From positions 110,856,001 through 110,920,000 of the forward strand of contig OX597817.1 of NCBI GenBank assembly GCA_951406725.2: a DNA stretch of 64,000 nt, read 5' to 3'. The notes under the pieces are model-generated. The model searched no databases, had not been told where the DNA came from, and saw nothing but the letters and a program-made list of their open reading frames with translations. Source of the DNA: Octopus vulgaris (lineage: Eukaryota). Every line of letters starts with the position of its first letter. Position 1 is the stretch's first letter. Both the position numbers and the translations under genes were made by a program. This document shows, piece by piece, positions 24,109 to 38,032 of the stretch.

Positions 24109-27100
24109 GTACTTTAAATGTCAAATATCTGCCAGTTTTCACTCACTCGATCACATCAGTTAATTCTAATGTTGCATTTGCTGTAGTCATTTGGGTGTTT
24201 AAACTACTTTTAATGACATCAAAAGTTGAAGTTGTAGCTTAAGGTCTACTATAATACAGATTTACCTAATCTTTAATGTGATACTATATTATAATTTATC
24301 ATAGTGACCTGACATTGATGGAATAAATGTTAGCTTGTCTGTCAAGTCTAACAAAATATTGTACCACACGCCTTGGTTTGACAAAATATGAAGGTCAAGA
24401 CTGCAAATGTAGTTTGGTAATTTAGATGTCAATTCCATGTGGCTAGAGAGTTTATTCTTTGTAGCCTATAAAGGAAAGGAGCCAGAATGAAAAAAAAGGG
24501 CACAATCAAGAAAGAATTGGGAGCATATTATGACCGACTAGTGGTGTATAACATTATCTGATAGTTTGGTCAATACAGGTGGTAACTATTAACCATTTTC
24601 CCTCTATTGAGTGCATTACCATATTTAGGTTGGCATGAAAGAAGTAAATAAATAATACATATTGTTGAAGCTGATCATCATCATCATCATCATCGTTTGT
24701 GTAATGAATATTTTAAGATTATTATTATGTTAAATTCAAAATACAATGAAAGTAAACAAACAAACGAAGTTTGCTTTAGAAGCATTGAGATGTCTTAGAA
24801 AGTTAAAGAAGTGATAATTAAATTCTCAAACGCAGGAAAATGCTAATAATATAGCCTGAACAGGATAAACTACCCCTATTTTGCACAAAAAAGTGTTGGC
24901 GGCCATTTTATGCACAGACATCCTTCCCATAGAATTATTGCCATTTTCATATCATTCAGTACAGAAGGCCAGAATGTTATACTTTCATTATTGAAAATAC
25001 TGCTTAAATTATTTAATGTGTTGGTTAAATTAATAATGGCTTGGCCATAACTCTCAAGTAGTTATGATCTGATTGGTTGTACTTCACTTTCATAGTTGTT
25101 TTAGGTACCTATGGAGTCCCAAGCAGACACATACATCCTCCTGACTCCCTTACTTTTGACCCAATAGAATATCAAGGATGTGACAGTTAGAGAGAGAGAG
25201 AGTGAGAGAAAGAGATAGTGGGGAAGAGAGAGAGAGAGTTGCACCAGCAGTTGGCTGGAACTCATTTTCAGCTAAGAAAGCTTGAATAAATATTGATTAA
25301 TAATCAATACAGATAACACATAGATACTGTCATTATCAAAGTGTAGATATTTACTGGAAATAAAATAGAAATATTTCTGTTCCTGAAATATTGTAAATAT
25401 TATGACCAAACATCACTATGTACTATTTTATTGACAAAATGAAAATATTTGATAATGAAATTATTTAAATGTGAAAACTGATTAAAAATAAGTGTTCACA
25501 TTCTGCATTATGTCTTTGATCTCTTTCTGTCCAGGAATTATAATAAATGTTGCTAAACACTGCAAAAAAAAGTGTGTATTACATATGAATGAATACAATA
25601 TTGCTCATACTGGCAATACTTGGCTAAAGTCAACAGCTTGTAGAGGAATGGACTGAGCCAAGATGACTTGCCTTTAATACACCACATTGAAGAAAGAACA
25701 TTTGGCTGCAACCAACAAAGTATTAAGGTTTATTTCTTGAATACCAGATAACCAGCCAAAGGGTTAATTCATATCCTGTTGGTGTTGTAACTGCATCATT
25801 TCTGTGGTCAAGATATTTAGCACTCAGATGGCCAAATATAAGTAACATGATGTCATAACTACTTGTCATTCAGCAGTGGCAGCATTGTAAAATTGAATGG
25901 AGTTTCATTTCATAGATTGAAACTCCTGTGGATGCAGTTTCAATAGGAAACTTTTTATGTGACATCAGCATCGGCCATGGCATGAATTTCACTCTTACTA
26001 TTGGAGAAGCAGAAAGGATGGTCTGTTGAAATATTAGAAAAGAAGGACTGTTGATGCATTGGAAGGACTTTGGCGGTAAATACTTGGCTGTATTTGGTTT
26101 CATTCATGTATATTTGAATTTAAATCCTGCTAGTTTATCTTTTTCCCTCCATCCTTCCGGACTCAATAAATTAAAGTACTATGCATACTGTTGAGTTGAT
26201 CAATAATTGGCTACATTCATGCTCTTCCAATTTGTGCCCTTGCACCAATACTATAAATTCTTATTACTTTCTTTAATTTCATTTAGTACTATGAATCTTG
26301 GTTAAAGTTCTCTCTCTGCCATGGTCATCATAGAATATACTACTCTTGCTGTGATGTGTCTCATTTATTTCAATATAGCCTATTGGTTGTGTTTAGAAAC
26401 TTAATTCAATGTTTCAAATGTGGTTTTATTGTATGTGTGACCAAATACACAAAAATGTTATAACTGTTCAAATGTCTTTCACAAAAGTTGTTCAGTTTTA
26501 TATTTCATATTAAAAGAAAATTTTATAATTCAATATTTGATTTTTTTTCAATATTTACATCTAAAAACCAAGTTTAAAAAGAAGCACTTTTTAAAATATT
26601 TTCTTATAGATGAGACATGCTAAAAATATTTCGTTAGGAATTCTAAATGAACAGTGTTGAGTAGCTTATATACAAGATACAAAATATTCATAGTTCTCTT
26701 TGATGATAAGCTATATCTTCATTTACTTAAATAGAATATAGTTACTGAACATATATTAAAGACTATTTTAAGCTTTAGTTTCACACTAGAAATAAGAACT
26801 ATATAAATGGTAACTCTGTTTGTAATATTATAAGTAGAATTTCATTGATTCTAATTCTGAATAAGAATGAAAATTTTCTCTTCTGCTGGCTGTCCTAAAG
26901 AGAAATTTTGATCAATACCTATTATATATAATGGAGTTATTATTTCCAAAAGTAGAGACAGTTGTCTGATTCTGATTGAAGATATTTCAATTACATCTCT
27001 TATCCTGGTAGCCACAGTATATATGAAATCCAAGAAAATCAAGAGCTACTTTTATTAAAGTTCCTTTCAAGCACATTTTAAATAATCTCTTATTATGTCC

Positions 27101-27510
27101 CTGCTATATTCACATACTCTTTTATGGGAATATTTTGATTGCTTTAAAAGAATTTTCACTTTCTACAAGTTTGTTAATAAAATGTAAAGGCAGAGAAATC
27201 TCATCAATCATTTAGAAATTTCTTATAGAACTGCCATAACAGAATAACTATATTGGTTTGATTGTTTTTGTTTTTACATCTTTTATACTTAAAGGAAGGA
27301 AAAAGTTGAATATTGTTTAAAAACATCCTCTTTATATGATTAATTAAAATAAGCTTTGATCTAGATGTATATATTAGCAGAGAATTTACTGAGAAATTTC
27401 CACATGGTCTGCTCTACTGAGAAATGTTTTGAGAGAGACAAAAAACAGAAACTAAATACTGTAATGAATCTATCCTGTATTCTGGAGTCTTGGCAATCTC
27501 AATTACTTTA

Positions 27511-28620
27511 ATCATCATCATCATTTGCTTTCCATGCTGGCATGGGTTGGATGGTTTGACTGAGAACTGGTAAGCTGGGAGGCTGCACAAGGGCCCAGTC
27601 TGATTTTGCAAGGTTTCTACAGCTGGATGCTCTTCCTAATACCAACTTCTACAGGAGTGTGGTGGGAGCCTTTTACATTCCACCAGCATGGGTGCCAGTC
27701 AGGCAGCACTGGCTTCAGCCATGCTTGAATGGTGCTTTTTATGTGCCACTGGCATGGGTGCCAGTCAGGCAGCACTGGCATTGACTACACTCGAATGGTG
27801 CTTTTTATGTGCCACTGGCATGGGTGCCAGTCAGGCAGCACTGGCATTGACTACACTCAAATGGTGCTTTTTATGTGCCACTGACACTGGTGCCAGTCAG
27901 GTGGTACTTCCATCACCCATGCTCGAGTGGTGCCTTTTATGTTTCACCAGCATGGATGCCAGTTAGGTGGCACTGACATTGGCCACGCTCAAATGGTGTA
28001 TTTTATGTGCCACAGGCATGGTTGCCAGTCAGGTAGCCCTGGCATTGGCCACACTCAAATAGTGCTTTTTATGTAACACCAGCATCAACATCGGCCATGG
28101 CATCAATTTCACTCTGTTCAACAGGTCTTCACAAGCACGGCATATCACCCAATGATTGGAGGGTGCTTTTAAACAGGCCAGTTATGTGACACTGGCATTG
28201 GCCATGACTGCGATCTCACTTGGCTTGCTGGGTCCTCTCAAGAACAGCATATCTCCATAGGTCTTGGTTGCTTGTCATTGCCTCTGTAAGGCCCAACATG
28301 CGAAGGTCATGCTTCACCACCTTATCCCATGTCTGCCTGGTCTTCCTCTTCCACAAGTTCCCTCCACCGTTAAAGTGTGACATATCTTCGCACAGCTGTC
28401 CTCATCCATACACATCACTTGACCATATCAGCGCAGTTGTTTCTCTTGAACACCACATCTGATGCTTCTTATGTCCGACTTTTCTCTCAGGGCACTTAAA
28501 CTCTTTCATGCATGCACACTAACATTACACATCCAGCGGAGCATACTAGCTTCATTTCTTCCAAGTCTACACATGTCCTCAGCAATCAAAGCCATATTTC
28601 TCTGCCATATAGCATGGCTG
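27511..28620 (-). mobile_element. 5'-truncated RTE-clade LINE: ORF C-terminus plus 3' UTR with ~6.5 x 66-bp repeats and a (GAT)n tail
   Basis: Minus-strand translation AMLYG.E.W..AEDMCRLGRNEASMLRWMCNVSV...QLR*YGQV...EGTCGRGRP..TWDKVVKHDLR..GLTEAMTS.QDLWRYAV; repeat units start at 27730, 27796, 27862, 27928, 27994 and 28060. Confidence 0.92.
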
Positions 28621-28959
28621 TTTGCTATGCTCCCAGAGTGTAAAATTTCAGATTTTGTTCTTATTATTTAATCCTGATCAGCTCCAGTTGAGCAGAGATA
28701 TAGTAAAAGATATTCAACTTTTGACCATATCTTTTTTTTTATTATTAGAAGTTACATTGTCCAATATATTCTTTCTTTACCAAGATGGTAGGTTAAGATT
28801 TGAAGGACAGTATCCTTCTATATCTAGCATGTAAATATGATTTTTCAGTTTCTGCTTTGGGGTTGTGTATTTTAAATGCAATCATTATTTTTCAGTTTTT
28901 TTTTCTATCTTACTAATTCACTTAGCTTGAGAATATTATAAACTAAAACAGAATCATTA

Positions 28960-29150
28960 CTGCACCAGGCAAAATGCTTAGCAGCATTTCATCCATCTTT
29001 ATTTTCTGAGTTCAAATTCTATTGTGGTCGACTTTGCCTCTCATTCTTTCGGGGTTGTTAAAATAAGTACCAGCTGAATACTGGAGTTAGTGTAATTGAC
29101 TTGCCTTCTCCTTGCAGATTGCTGGCTTTGTGCCAAAATTGAAACCAATA
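28960..29150 (+). mobile_element. tRNA-derived SINE
   Basis: ggcaaaatgcttagc...ttctgagttcaaatt...gtcgactttgcc...aaaataagtaccag; same family as 45103-45322 and 62498-62707. Confidence 0.8.
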
Positions 29151-30574
29151 TTATAAACTAAAACTTATTACTTGAACAGTATCTATACCTATTACCTTAT
29201 TGTCATCATTTAGCCCTGTTATAAGTACAAATTTATCTGGGCTATAGTGGAGAAGGCAAGTCACTGATGTGGTTAAAAATGAGTAATGGCTAGAAGAATA
29301 TTGAGTGAAACCTGGTAACCAGTTGATCTAGCAAGTGAGGCCACATCTCAGTGCGTGAGGCTGGTGTGCAATAATGTCATTGAGAGGTAGGCCCAAAATG
29401 GTGCACATTCTCTCCTGGTGACCTCATAAACTTGTTAGCATCTGATATGCAGAGCGTTCAACTGGCAGGACTTGTATCTGCAAATTGTTTGCAGAAAATC
29501 TAATATTCCTTCCTAACCATTTCTTTGTGTGTTGTACTTTATTATGTTCAGTATTTTCCAACTATTTTTTGTATGTTAGTATTTGTCTCAATACTCCTGT
29601 GTCTATTTCTTTACCTTATGTGACATCACTGTATTTTACTTTTATTTATCTATGTTTTAGAAAATCCATTTTTACCTTTTTCAGGGTGAGCTTTATACAT
29701 TTTCCCAAAATCAAATTTCATGCAAATTTTCATACTGCACTGTATATATATGCATTGATCATTTTCTTTTCCGATGTATCCCTCTACTTTTCATTCTTCT
29801 CTACCTCTGACTTCTTTGTTCTGATGATGTTTACCATTGGCAATGAGGCAAAAATATATTTTCCTCACCATGGTACATAGAAACAATTGTAAACTCACTC
29901 TCACCTTTCTTAAATAATTAAATAATGGCTTCCTAGCACAAAAGACACCCTTCTTATTGTTATTTTTCCTTCATTTTCTTATTGTCTATACATATATATA
30001 TATATCAGGGTTTCCAGTAGTTTGTCATATACAGCATACAAAGTGAGGTCACCCATATACAGGAAATGATGAACAGTACTTTTCCATATCTTATCTATAT
30101 CCAGTCTGAATAAATAATGTATGTGTAACACAAGAGCACAGACCTTCTCATCTGATAGCATTTTGCTTTCAGGGAGATTAATTTTAATTGGATATGCTTT
30201 GTGAAGTCCAAATATACAACTGGTCACTCCTTGGAATTGCGAAAATTAACTAAATATCTTTATTGTGTTTAAGAAGCTTTGCAAATGACATACATTTTAC
30301 AAGTTAATGTTGATCTAACTGGATACAATATTAGATTTAATGATGTTAGCCACATATAAGGACAAAAGGGGATTGGCCAGTGAATAAAGTCCCATAGGAC
30401 TACTCTTTATAGAAATGGAAGTGGATATTGGTGGTGGAGGCAATGGTGGAATTTTTAGTTAAAGGTTCTGGTTAAAATGTTACCAGTAAACAAAAGGGGG
30501 TCACTTTGAAACTTCCTCCTACTGCTGTTGCTTCTGCTGCTCCTACTGGAATCATCAAAGCACCTTTTTACCAT

Positions 30575-30990
30575 TTACCTTTTACTTGTTTCAGTCATTA
30601 GACTGTTGTCATGCTGGGGCACCACTTTGAAGAATTTTAGTCGAATGAATCAGTTCTAGTACTTACATTTTTTAAAGTCTGGTATTTATTGTATTGCTCT
30701 GCTAAGTTAGGAGGATATAAATGCATCAACACTGATTGTCAAGTGATGGTGGTAGGACAAAGGCACACACACAGACATATATATATATACATACATACAT
30801 GCATACATACATGCATACATACATACATACACACACACACACATGAAATACATATGTGATGGGATTCTTTCAGTTTCTGCCTACCAAATCCACTCATATG
30901 GCTTTGGCTGGCCCATGGCTATAGTAAAAGACACCTATATAAGGTGTCACACAAAGGGACTGAACCTGGAACCATGTGATTGGGAAACAA
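30575..30990 (-). mobile_element. SINE with internal microsatellite
   Basis: Reverse complement of the family at 60475-60838 (ttttacttgtttcagtca...ctttcagtttctgcctaccaaatccactca...gaacctggaaccatgtg). Confidence 0.8.
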
Positions 30991-31467
30991 TACTTGTGCC
31001 TATAGTCACATCTGCAAATTCCATATAGTATCTAATTATGCATACATTTAGTTACAGTATTATATGTACTTAGTATTTTGTTACACAATGAGTTCAAATT
31101 CCACCAAAGGTGACTACACCTTTGAAGCCTCTAGGGTCAATAACATAAGTACTTAGGTTAATTTAATCAACTAAATCTCTTCACCAGAATTTGTGTCCTG
31201 TTCTTATCATTACTAAATACTGGGTCTTTAAATTTTCTTGGGCCACAGCCAGCTATAACATCTGCTAATTCCCAAAAAAGTTTTTCCTTTAGCTGTAGTT
31301 AGACTTTGTTGAGTAAATATGAAGTTCTGCTTTTGTTTTGTGTCAGAACACATATTAAAAACATTTTGCAAGTGCAAGGTGTAAACCATCTCACCCAACT
31401 AAACAACCAACCAACCAACCAACCAACCCTTAAGAGAATTGTATTTTATGGTATGTGTATGTGATGT

Positions 31468-31652
31468 ATCATCATCTTTTAATGTCCCTTTTTCATGGTG
31501 GCATGGGTTGCATGGTTTGACTGGAGTTGATAAGACCAGGGGCTGCACCAGGCTCCATAGTCTGTTCTGGCATGGCTTCTATGGCTTGATGCCCTTCCTA
31601 ACAACCAGCCATTTCATTGAGTGTACTGGATACTTTTAACATGGCACCAGCA
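31468..31652 (-). mobile_element. RTE 3' end fragment
   Basis: atcatcatc...ggcatgggttg...ggctgcaccaggctcca...gatgcccttcctaac; homologous to the starts of the 16705 and 27511 elements. Confidence 0.75.
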
Positions 31653-31657
31653 TGAAG

Positions 31658-31658
<1 letters not shown>

Positions 31659-31737
<79 letters not shown>
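31659..31737. repeat. Pure (AC)n microsatellite, ~39 units
   Basis: Direct reading. Confidence 0.95.
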
Positions 31738-31738
<1 letters not shown>

Positions 31739-31848
31739 CTAAGAGTCTGTAAGTCAGGAAAAAATGCACTTGTATTTCTGTCAGTAGAGTGGATATATTA
31801 AAGTATTATATCTCCATTATATATACAGTATTATATCTCCATTATATA

Positions 31849-32394
31849 TACAGTATTATATATCCATTACACCTGATTATACCAATCGGTTTCACACCAG
31901 GGTTTCAATGAAGTGTGAGGTAACAATCTGATTATGTAACCCTCTACTCATGAAAGGTAGCCGTTATGGAATGAAATACGGAAACTGTGTAGTGGAAACT
32001 ATGTGTAGTGGTACATATAGTACCACTACACACATTCCATTTCCTCAAGAACACCAACCTTAAAGACACACACAATTCCCACAAAAACATTTTCCAAAAA
32101 AACTCTTGCTGACTTGCAACAAAACCACCCCTCGAGACAATGTTTTGATATCAAGGGACATAGCTTTTAGCTCAACCTCCTGCTCAATTCATTTCATCAT
32201 CTTTTTCAAAGCAACCACAAACTGGATGTGTCTATGCACCTCCAACAATAGAGGGTGGTTGCCATATTTCATTCCATAATGGCTACCTCTGATGTGTGTA
32301 GGGTTAAATAATCAGACTGTTACCTAACACTCTGTTGAACTCCGTGTGTGAAACTGATTGGTCAGATCAGCTATATTGGATATATAATACTGTA
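31849..32394. mobile_element. Non-autonomous foldback/MITE-like element with ~135-bp imperfect TIRs
   Basis: 31849-31985 aligns with the reverse complement of 32258-32394 (tacagtattatatatcca...aggtaaca.tctgattat.taaccct...ggtagcc.ttatggaatgaaata.gg). Confidence 0.85.
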
Positions 32395-34464
32395 CACTTC
32401 AATTAATATATATATATAGTCATGGTATATTCTGGTAAGAACGTAGTAGAGTACAGTATAAAGCTTGTCCACCTTCAGATTTACCCTGTGCTATCCAGTG
32501 GTAGTATTATATGTACTTTCAGGTTTGCATTTGGGCAACTGTCATGTGTGAATAGATAATTGAAAAAATTGGAGTCAACAAGAAGGGGTATGGTTGGAAA
32601 TTTATTTTTTAATCTCTACAGTTGTCTCCATGCAACATAGTTCTCCAGGTGTACAGGTACTTGATTATGCAACTTTTTTTCAATCATATGTATAGGATTA
32701 TATAAATAATTTTCTTTTATAGTTGTTACTTTAGTCTGGTAGTACATTCTTGGTGTATATTCAGTTTTAATTCTTCAAATTGGGAGATCATAACTTCATC
32801 ATCTTGTTCTTTAAATGAAGAATCTCTAGTTTATCATTAGATATTACTACAGATCTCATTATTCATATCATATAATTTGAGATTCAAGTACTTTACATTA
32901 TTTCTCCTATGATAAAGAATCGATAAAGAAGGATTTCAATGAAGAAGTCCACTTGTAAGTAAAAATCCAGGTCTATTTTAAAAACTTTCCATAAATCTAC
33001 TTCAGCTGGATTTGGCTAAGATAAAATTAGCATGCAAGATGAGTAAGATTAGTTTTGGATTATGTAGAATGAGTTTGTATTATTAACTCTATATATACAG
33101 GTTTCCAGTATTACATAGGCAATTTTGTATGAATTGAATGTATCACATTATGGGTTTAACATGAGGATATGAATCTTCATTTTATTCTGTAACTATTTCA
33201 AAATCTTCAATGTAACCATTGATACAAAGTTCAATTGATGTTCACTTGCTCTGTTTATTATTTTTTTTTTAGATATTCTTTGTAATCATTATTAACTTTC
33301 TGAAAATACAATTCAACTGGTTATTATATTTTAGAATTCTAATTAAATAATTACACACACACATACACACATATATAAACAAAAAAATGGAACAAGAAGA
33401 TAACCAGTGACAACAAAACATCCAGACAGTTAGACGATACAAAAAAGGACAAGAAAAAACAAGGACGGGTCATTCAGAGCTTTCTTTCTTGAGTCAAGTT
33501 CCAAATTGTCATTGCAGTTTTGGCCAGTTACAATCTGGCTGGCCCCAAGAAAATCTAAGCTAAAAGCACTAGATTCTTTGGAAGAAAGCAAGCAAGCAAA
33601 TGTATATGAAAACAAGGATAAAAAAACAGAGAAATGGTACACAATTACAAATACAATTAATAGGACAATAACAATCAAGGACAAATGGCGTGTGTGGAAG
33701 TGAAGCCTTACAGCAGGAACATAAGGGATGAAAGTCATGGGAAGGAATAAAAAAGATGCTACATGGATGGTTGTCAAACCAAGAAAGAAAGGTCAGGCTT
33801 GGCTGAACACTGGTCATGTGGAAGGAGAGGAGAGAGGTGGGGGCAGAAGGATTGAAGAATTAGGGAGGGATGAGAAAGAGAGAAAAGGTGGACGTTAAAC
33901 AATGATGATGATGATGAGTTTCATTCTCTGATTATTCCCATCGAGTAATGGCATGCTGCAGTTTATCCCAGTTTCCAAAGTGTTAGGCAATTATAAACAT
34001 ATCACTTCTCTGGTTAGGATGTTAGTCAATATTTCACACTGGCTCAGTGCAAACCTATGATGATAGGTTTGTGTTCAACAATACAAAGTAATGAAACACA
34101 ATAATTATACGTTACTCCTTCAATCTAAGAAGGGCGTCTCTTTGTGGCCATTTACTTGCTAAAATTAGCCTTCAAATATTCCTTAGATTATACCCAACCA
34201 CCTTGAAAAGGGCGGGGAGAGACTTTAGTTAATGCATCTAAGTTACATAATATCTGAAAGAAAGATAGGTCACAGCTGGAGTATCTTTGCCCATAGGTCA
34301 GCTCAGTTAGGGCTTACAAGGATAAAATGATAACATTACTCTTATCACTTACAACATTGAATTGTATCTTTTAATGGTATTAAATATAGGTATACAGGTA
34401 TACAGTCTGGTCATTTAAGAGCAAAATATCCTTACCTTGAATAAAGTACACTACCAGTGAAGGG

Positions 34465-34728
34465 GTGGAGGCACCTGACTTAGTGGTTAGGGTGTCAGCA
34501 TCATGATCCTAAGATTATGGTTTCGATTCCTGGACAGGGCAACGCGTTGTGTTCTTGAGCAAAACACTTCATTTCACGTTGCTCCAGTCCACTCAGCTGG
34601 CATAAATGTGTAATGTTGCGATGGACTGGCGTCCCGTCCGTCTAGCTGGGGAAACATACGCCATAGAAACCAGGAAACCAGGCCCATGAGCCTGGCTAGG
34701 CTTTAAAAGGGCACATTTATTTATTTAT
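34465..34728 (+). mobile_element. Full-length tRNA-derived SINE with 13-bp TSD
   Basis: A-box-like tgacttagtgg, B-box gtttcgattcc, (TTTA)n tail; TSD taccagtgaaggg at 34452-34464 and 34729-34741. Confidence 0.9.
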
Positions 34729-36407
34729 TACCAGTGAAGGGACTTGAGCCATCAGGCCTTTGATTGCCAGTTTAGATCTACATCAACTTGGAGAGGTGCT
34801 GCTTTCATCCTATAATTTTAAAAGAACAAGTGTAAGTGTAATTATACAAAGAGATATCTCAAGTATAACTAAATATTACCTAAAGTACTATAAATCCTTA
34901 TAAACATGTAGAATTATAATATTGTTTATCTGAGTATGTTGAGGACTCAGTTCTTGGATCCTATACATACGCAAAATTGGTAAAGCAAGTGAACTTTTTT
35001 CTGTAGTGCAAGACATAATTTTAATTCCCAGCAGTTTCCTTACCATATAAAACCACAGATTATACATGAATTAATGTTTTTTCAGTCTGTCAGAAGATAC
35101 TGAAAAATCTCTGAAGGGACCATTACATACTGAATGTGTTATTTCACCACTAAACTGTCTCTATTTTGAATATCCTATTTTCGTTACCATAGCTATTTGC
35201 TAAAGAGAGCATTCCTTTAGTAACTTACCAACTCCTATAAATTATTTGTTACACAATTACTATTTGCATTCATACATACTAACATAGAAACTTGTAGCTG
35301 CATAGTTTTAACTTATTTTTCTTTTAATATATGTAGGTTATTTAGGTCTTAGCATTGAATTTTAGGGAATCTTTAAAAATGAAGTACCATTTAATTTTAT
35401 GGAGTCTATAAAACTTAAGCTTTCTTCTAATTCATTATTCCTGATTATTAGCAATAGCTTGAATTACTTTGTTCATGGAAGTGTTCTTTCTTTTTTGTGT
35501 TTATTTTTCTCTTTGTGTATGAAACAGATTTTCATCATAGAGTGAAGATAGGCAAACTTTCCCATCCTGATTACACTAATTAAACCTTGTTTTAATTGCT
35601 GATTGGAGTGCCAGTGAAGACTGCCTCCATGAATTAGCTGAAAGAGCAATACACTTGAATGGTTTTCTACAACCTGCTTCAGATCTGTGGGAGAATTTCA
35701 GTTTAGAACTGCATATTAACAAAACCCTGGTCTTAGATACATAGTACTTGGGGATATAGGAGAGCAAAAATATCAAAGGGGATATAGTTGTTTAGTTTTG
35801 ATCATATATGTCTGAATAAAGACTAACCTGGTGCTAAACAACAACCTACTGTGTTCAACTATATTATCTCATGGCATAGTGAAGTAGCTTTACTAAAACA
35901 CCCTGAAGAATATCTACTATTAACACCTCATCCAGCACTAAGTTGGCTAACTGCAATTTTATCATAGTGTTATATAAGAAAATCTTAGATTTGACTCTGG
36001 AAGTTAAACATAGATTTTCTTAGAAACTGAATAGTTTAAAGTTAGCCTTTACAAAGAAACTATAGCTTATTACTATTAATGTATCATTTAAATAATCAAG
36101 CTAGTACATAATTTGTATTTATATTAGACATTATTATTAAATAACAGGGACAATATTCATTTATAAATAATATATATATGGATGTACAGGCATATGCATA
36201 CGGAGAATTATGCCCATGCACACACACACACACACACTCTCTCTCTCTCTCTCTCTCTCTTCTGCCCTTAAGAAAATGCTTTGACATTGAAACACGCATA
36301 CAAGTGTTAGGTATTATCAATATGAAATTTTATTCACTCTGTCTTGCATTGAGCTCTTTTTACAATTCTAACCTTTTGAAATGTAACCCATGAAGTCTTT
36401 ATTTTAT

Positions 36408-36448
<41 letters not shown>

Positions 36449-36530
36449 GTCCCGGGTTGATTCGGGGTTAACCACAGTAAGTAAGGTACTCAATACATAG
36501 CAGAGTAAAATTAATTTATTATATAGAAGG

Positions 36531-36581
36531 AGCTTCTACAGGACTAGTACTGTTTCATTCAAGAGAAATCTTCAGGAAGCT
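36531..36581 (-). ncRNA. Type I hammerhead ribozyme motif (minus-strand copy)
   Basis: Exact reverse complement of 39260-39310. Confidence 0.8.
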
Positions 36582-36769
36582 ATTTAACAAGAATTGTATT
36601 AGCATTTATACATTTAGGCAGGTTTAAAGGAGTGGTGGTGGGGGACTTTTTGGGGGTAGGCATAGCGCAAAATATCATACTTGGGGGGGTGGTCAAGGAG
36701 TCAGTGGTAAGTTAGATTAAAGAATAGATAAATAAAAAAATAAAAAAAAAAAAAAAAAATATATAAAAA

Positions 36770-37020
36770 TGTGTGTGTGTATATGTATGTGTGCGCGTGC
36801 GTGTGTATGTATGTGTATGTATACTTGTATATGTATATGCATGAATGTATATATATGTGTGTGTATATCTGTATTATGTATGTATTTATATAGATATGTA
36901 ATTTTTATATATATATATGTATGTATATGCATCTGTCTGTGTGTGTGTATGTGTATATATGTGTATCATTATTGCGTATGTATACATGTATATGTGTATA
37001 TGTATGTGTGTGTGTGTGTG

Positions 37021-37052
<32 letters not shown>

Positions 37053-37292
37053 GGTATATATATATGTATATATCTATATATGCATACGTATGTGTATGTA
37101 CATGTATACATGTGTGTGTGTATATGTATATATGTTTATATATGTGAGTATGTAGTGATATAAGTATATGCATGTGTATATATGTGTGTGTGTGTATACG
37201 TATATATATATATGTATGGGTATGTGTATCAGTGTATATGTATATATGTATGTGTGTGTGTATGTATATGTATGTATATGTGTATGTATGTA

Positions 37293-37335
<43 letters not shown>

Positions 37336-37392
37336 ATATATGTGTATGTATGTGTATGTGTATGTATGTGTATGTATATGTATATATGTGTG

Positions 37393-37423
<31 letters not shown>

Positions 37424-37982
37424 ATACATATATGTATATATATATGTATGAGTGCGTGTGTGTATGTACGCATATATGTATGTATGCATGTATATGTGTA
37501 TGTATATATATATATATATGTGTGTAAGTGTGTGCATATATGTATATGTAAGTATGTGTGCGCGTATGAGTATGTATGTATGCTTGCACACGTGTATATA
37601 TGTGTGTGTGTGTATATATATGGATGCGCGTGCGTGTGTGCACGTGTATGGGTACGCATGTATATGTGTATGTGCGTGTATGTGTATACGTGTATGTATG
37701 TATGTGTGTGCGTAGATCTGTATACGTATGTGTGAGTGTGTATATATATATATACATATATGTATATATATATAGATGGGTGTGTGTATGCGTATAAATG
37801 CATGTAAGTATGGATGTATGGATGTATGTATGAATGTATACGTATGTATGTGTGTATGTGTGTATGTATATATATGTGTGTATATATGTTTGTGTATGTA
37901 TATATATGTGTATGTATGTGTGTGTATATGTATGTGTGTATGTGTATGTATGTATATATGTATATATATGTATATGTATATG

Positions 37983-38032
<50 letters not shown>

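Noticed and set aside
27688-27966. ORF with 22-aa repeats; also a superficially CRISPR-like regular array
   Set aside because: A 66-bp tandem unit in an RTE 3' UTR with no unique spacers, in a eukaryotic context
29671-29691. ttttCAG-G-GTGAGC, a possible 1-nt exon
   Set aside because: Expected by chance in T-rich DNA; no other support
29485-29880. Hydrophobic F/L/I-rich ORFs (also 39663-40001, 47376-47612, 59372-59650)
   Set aside because: Compositional artefacts of T-rich sequence
33380-33880. Purine-rich segment that looks like an interspersed repeat
   Set aside because: Only one copy in the window and no termini or protein motif I can demonstrate
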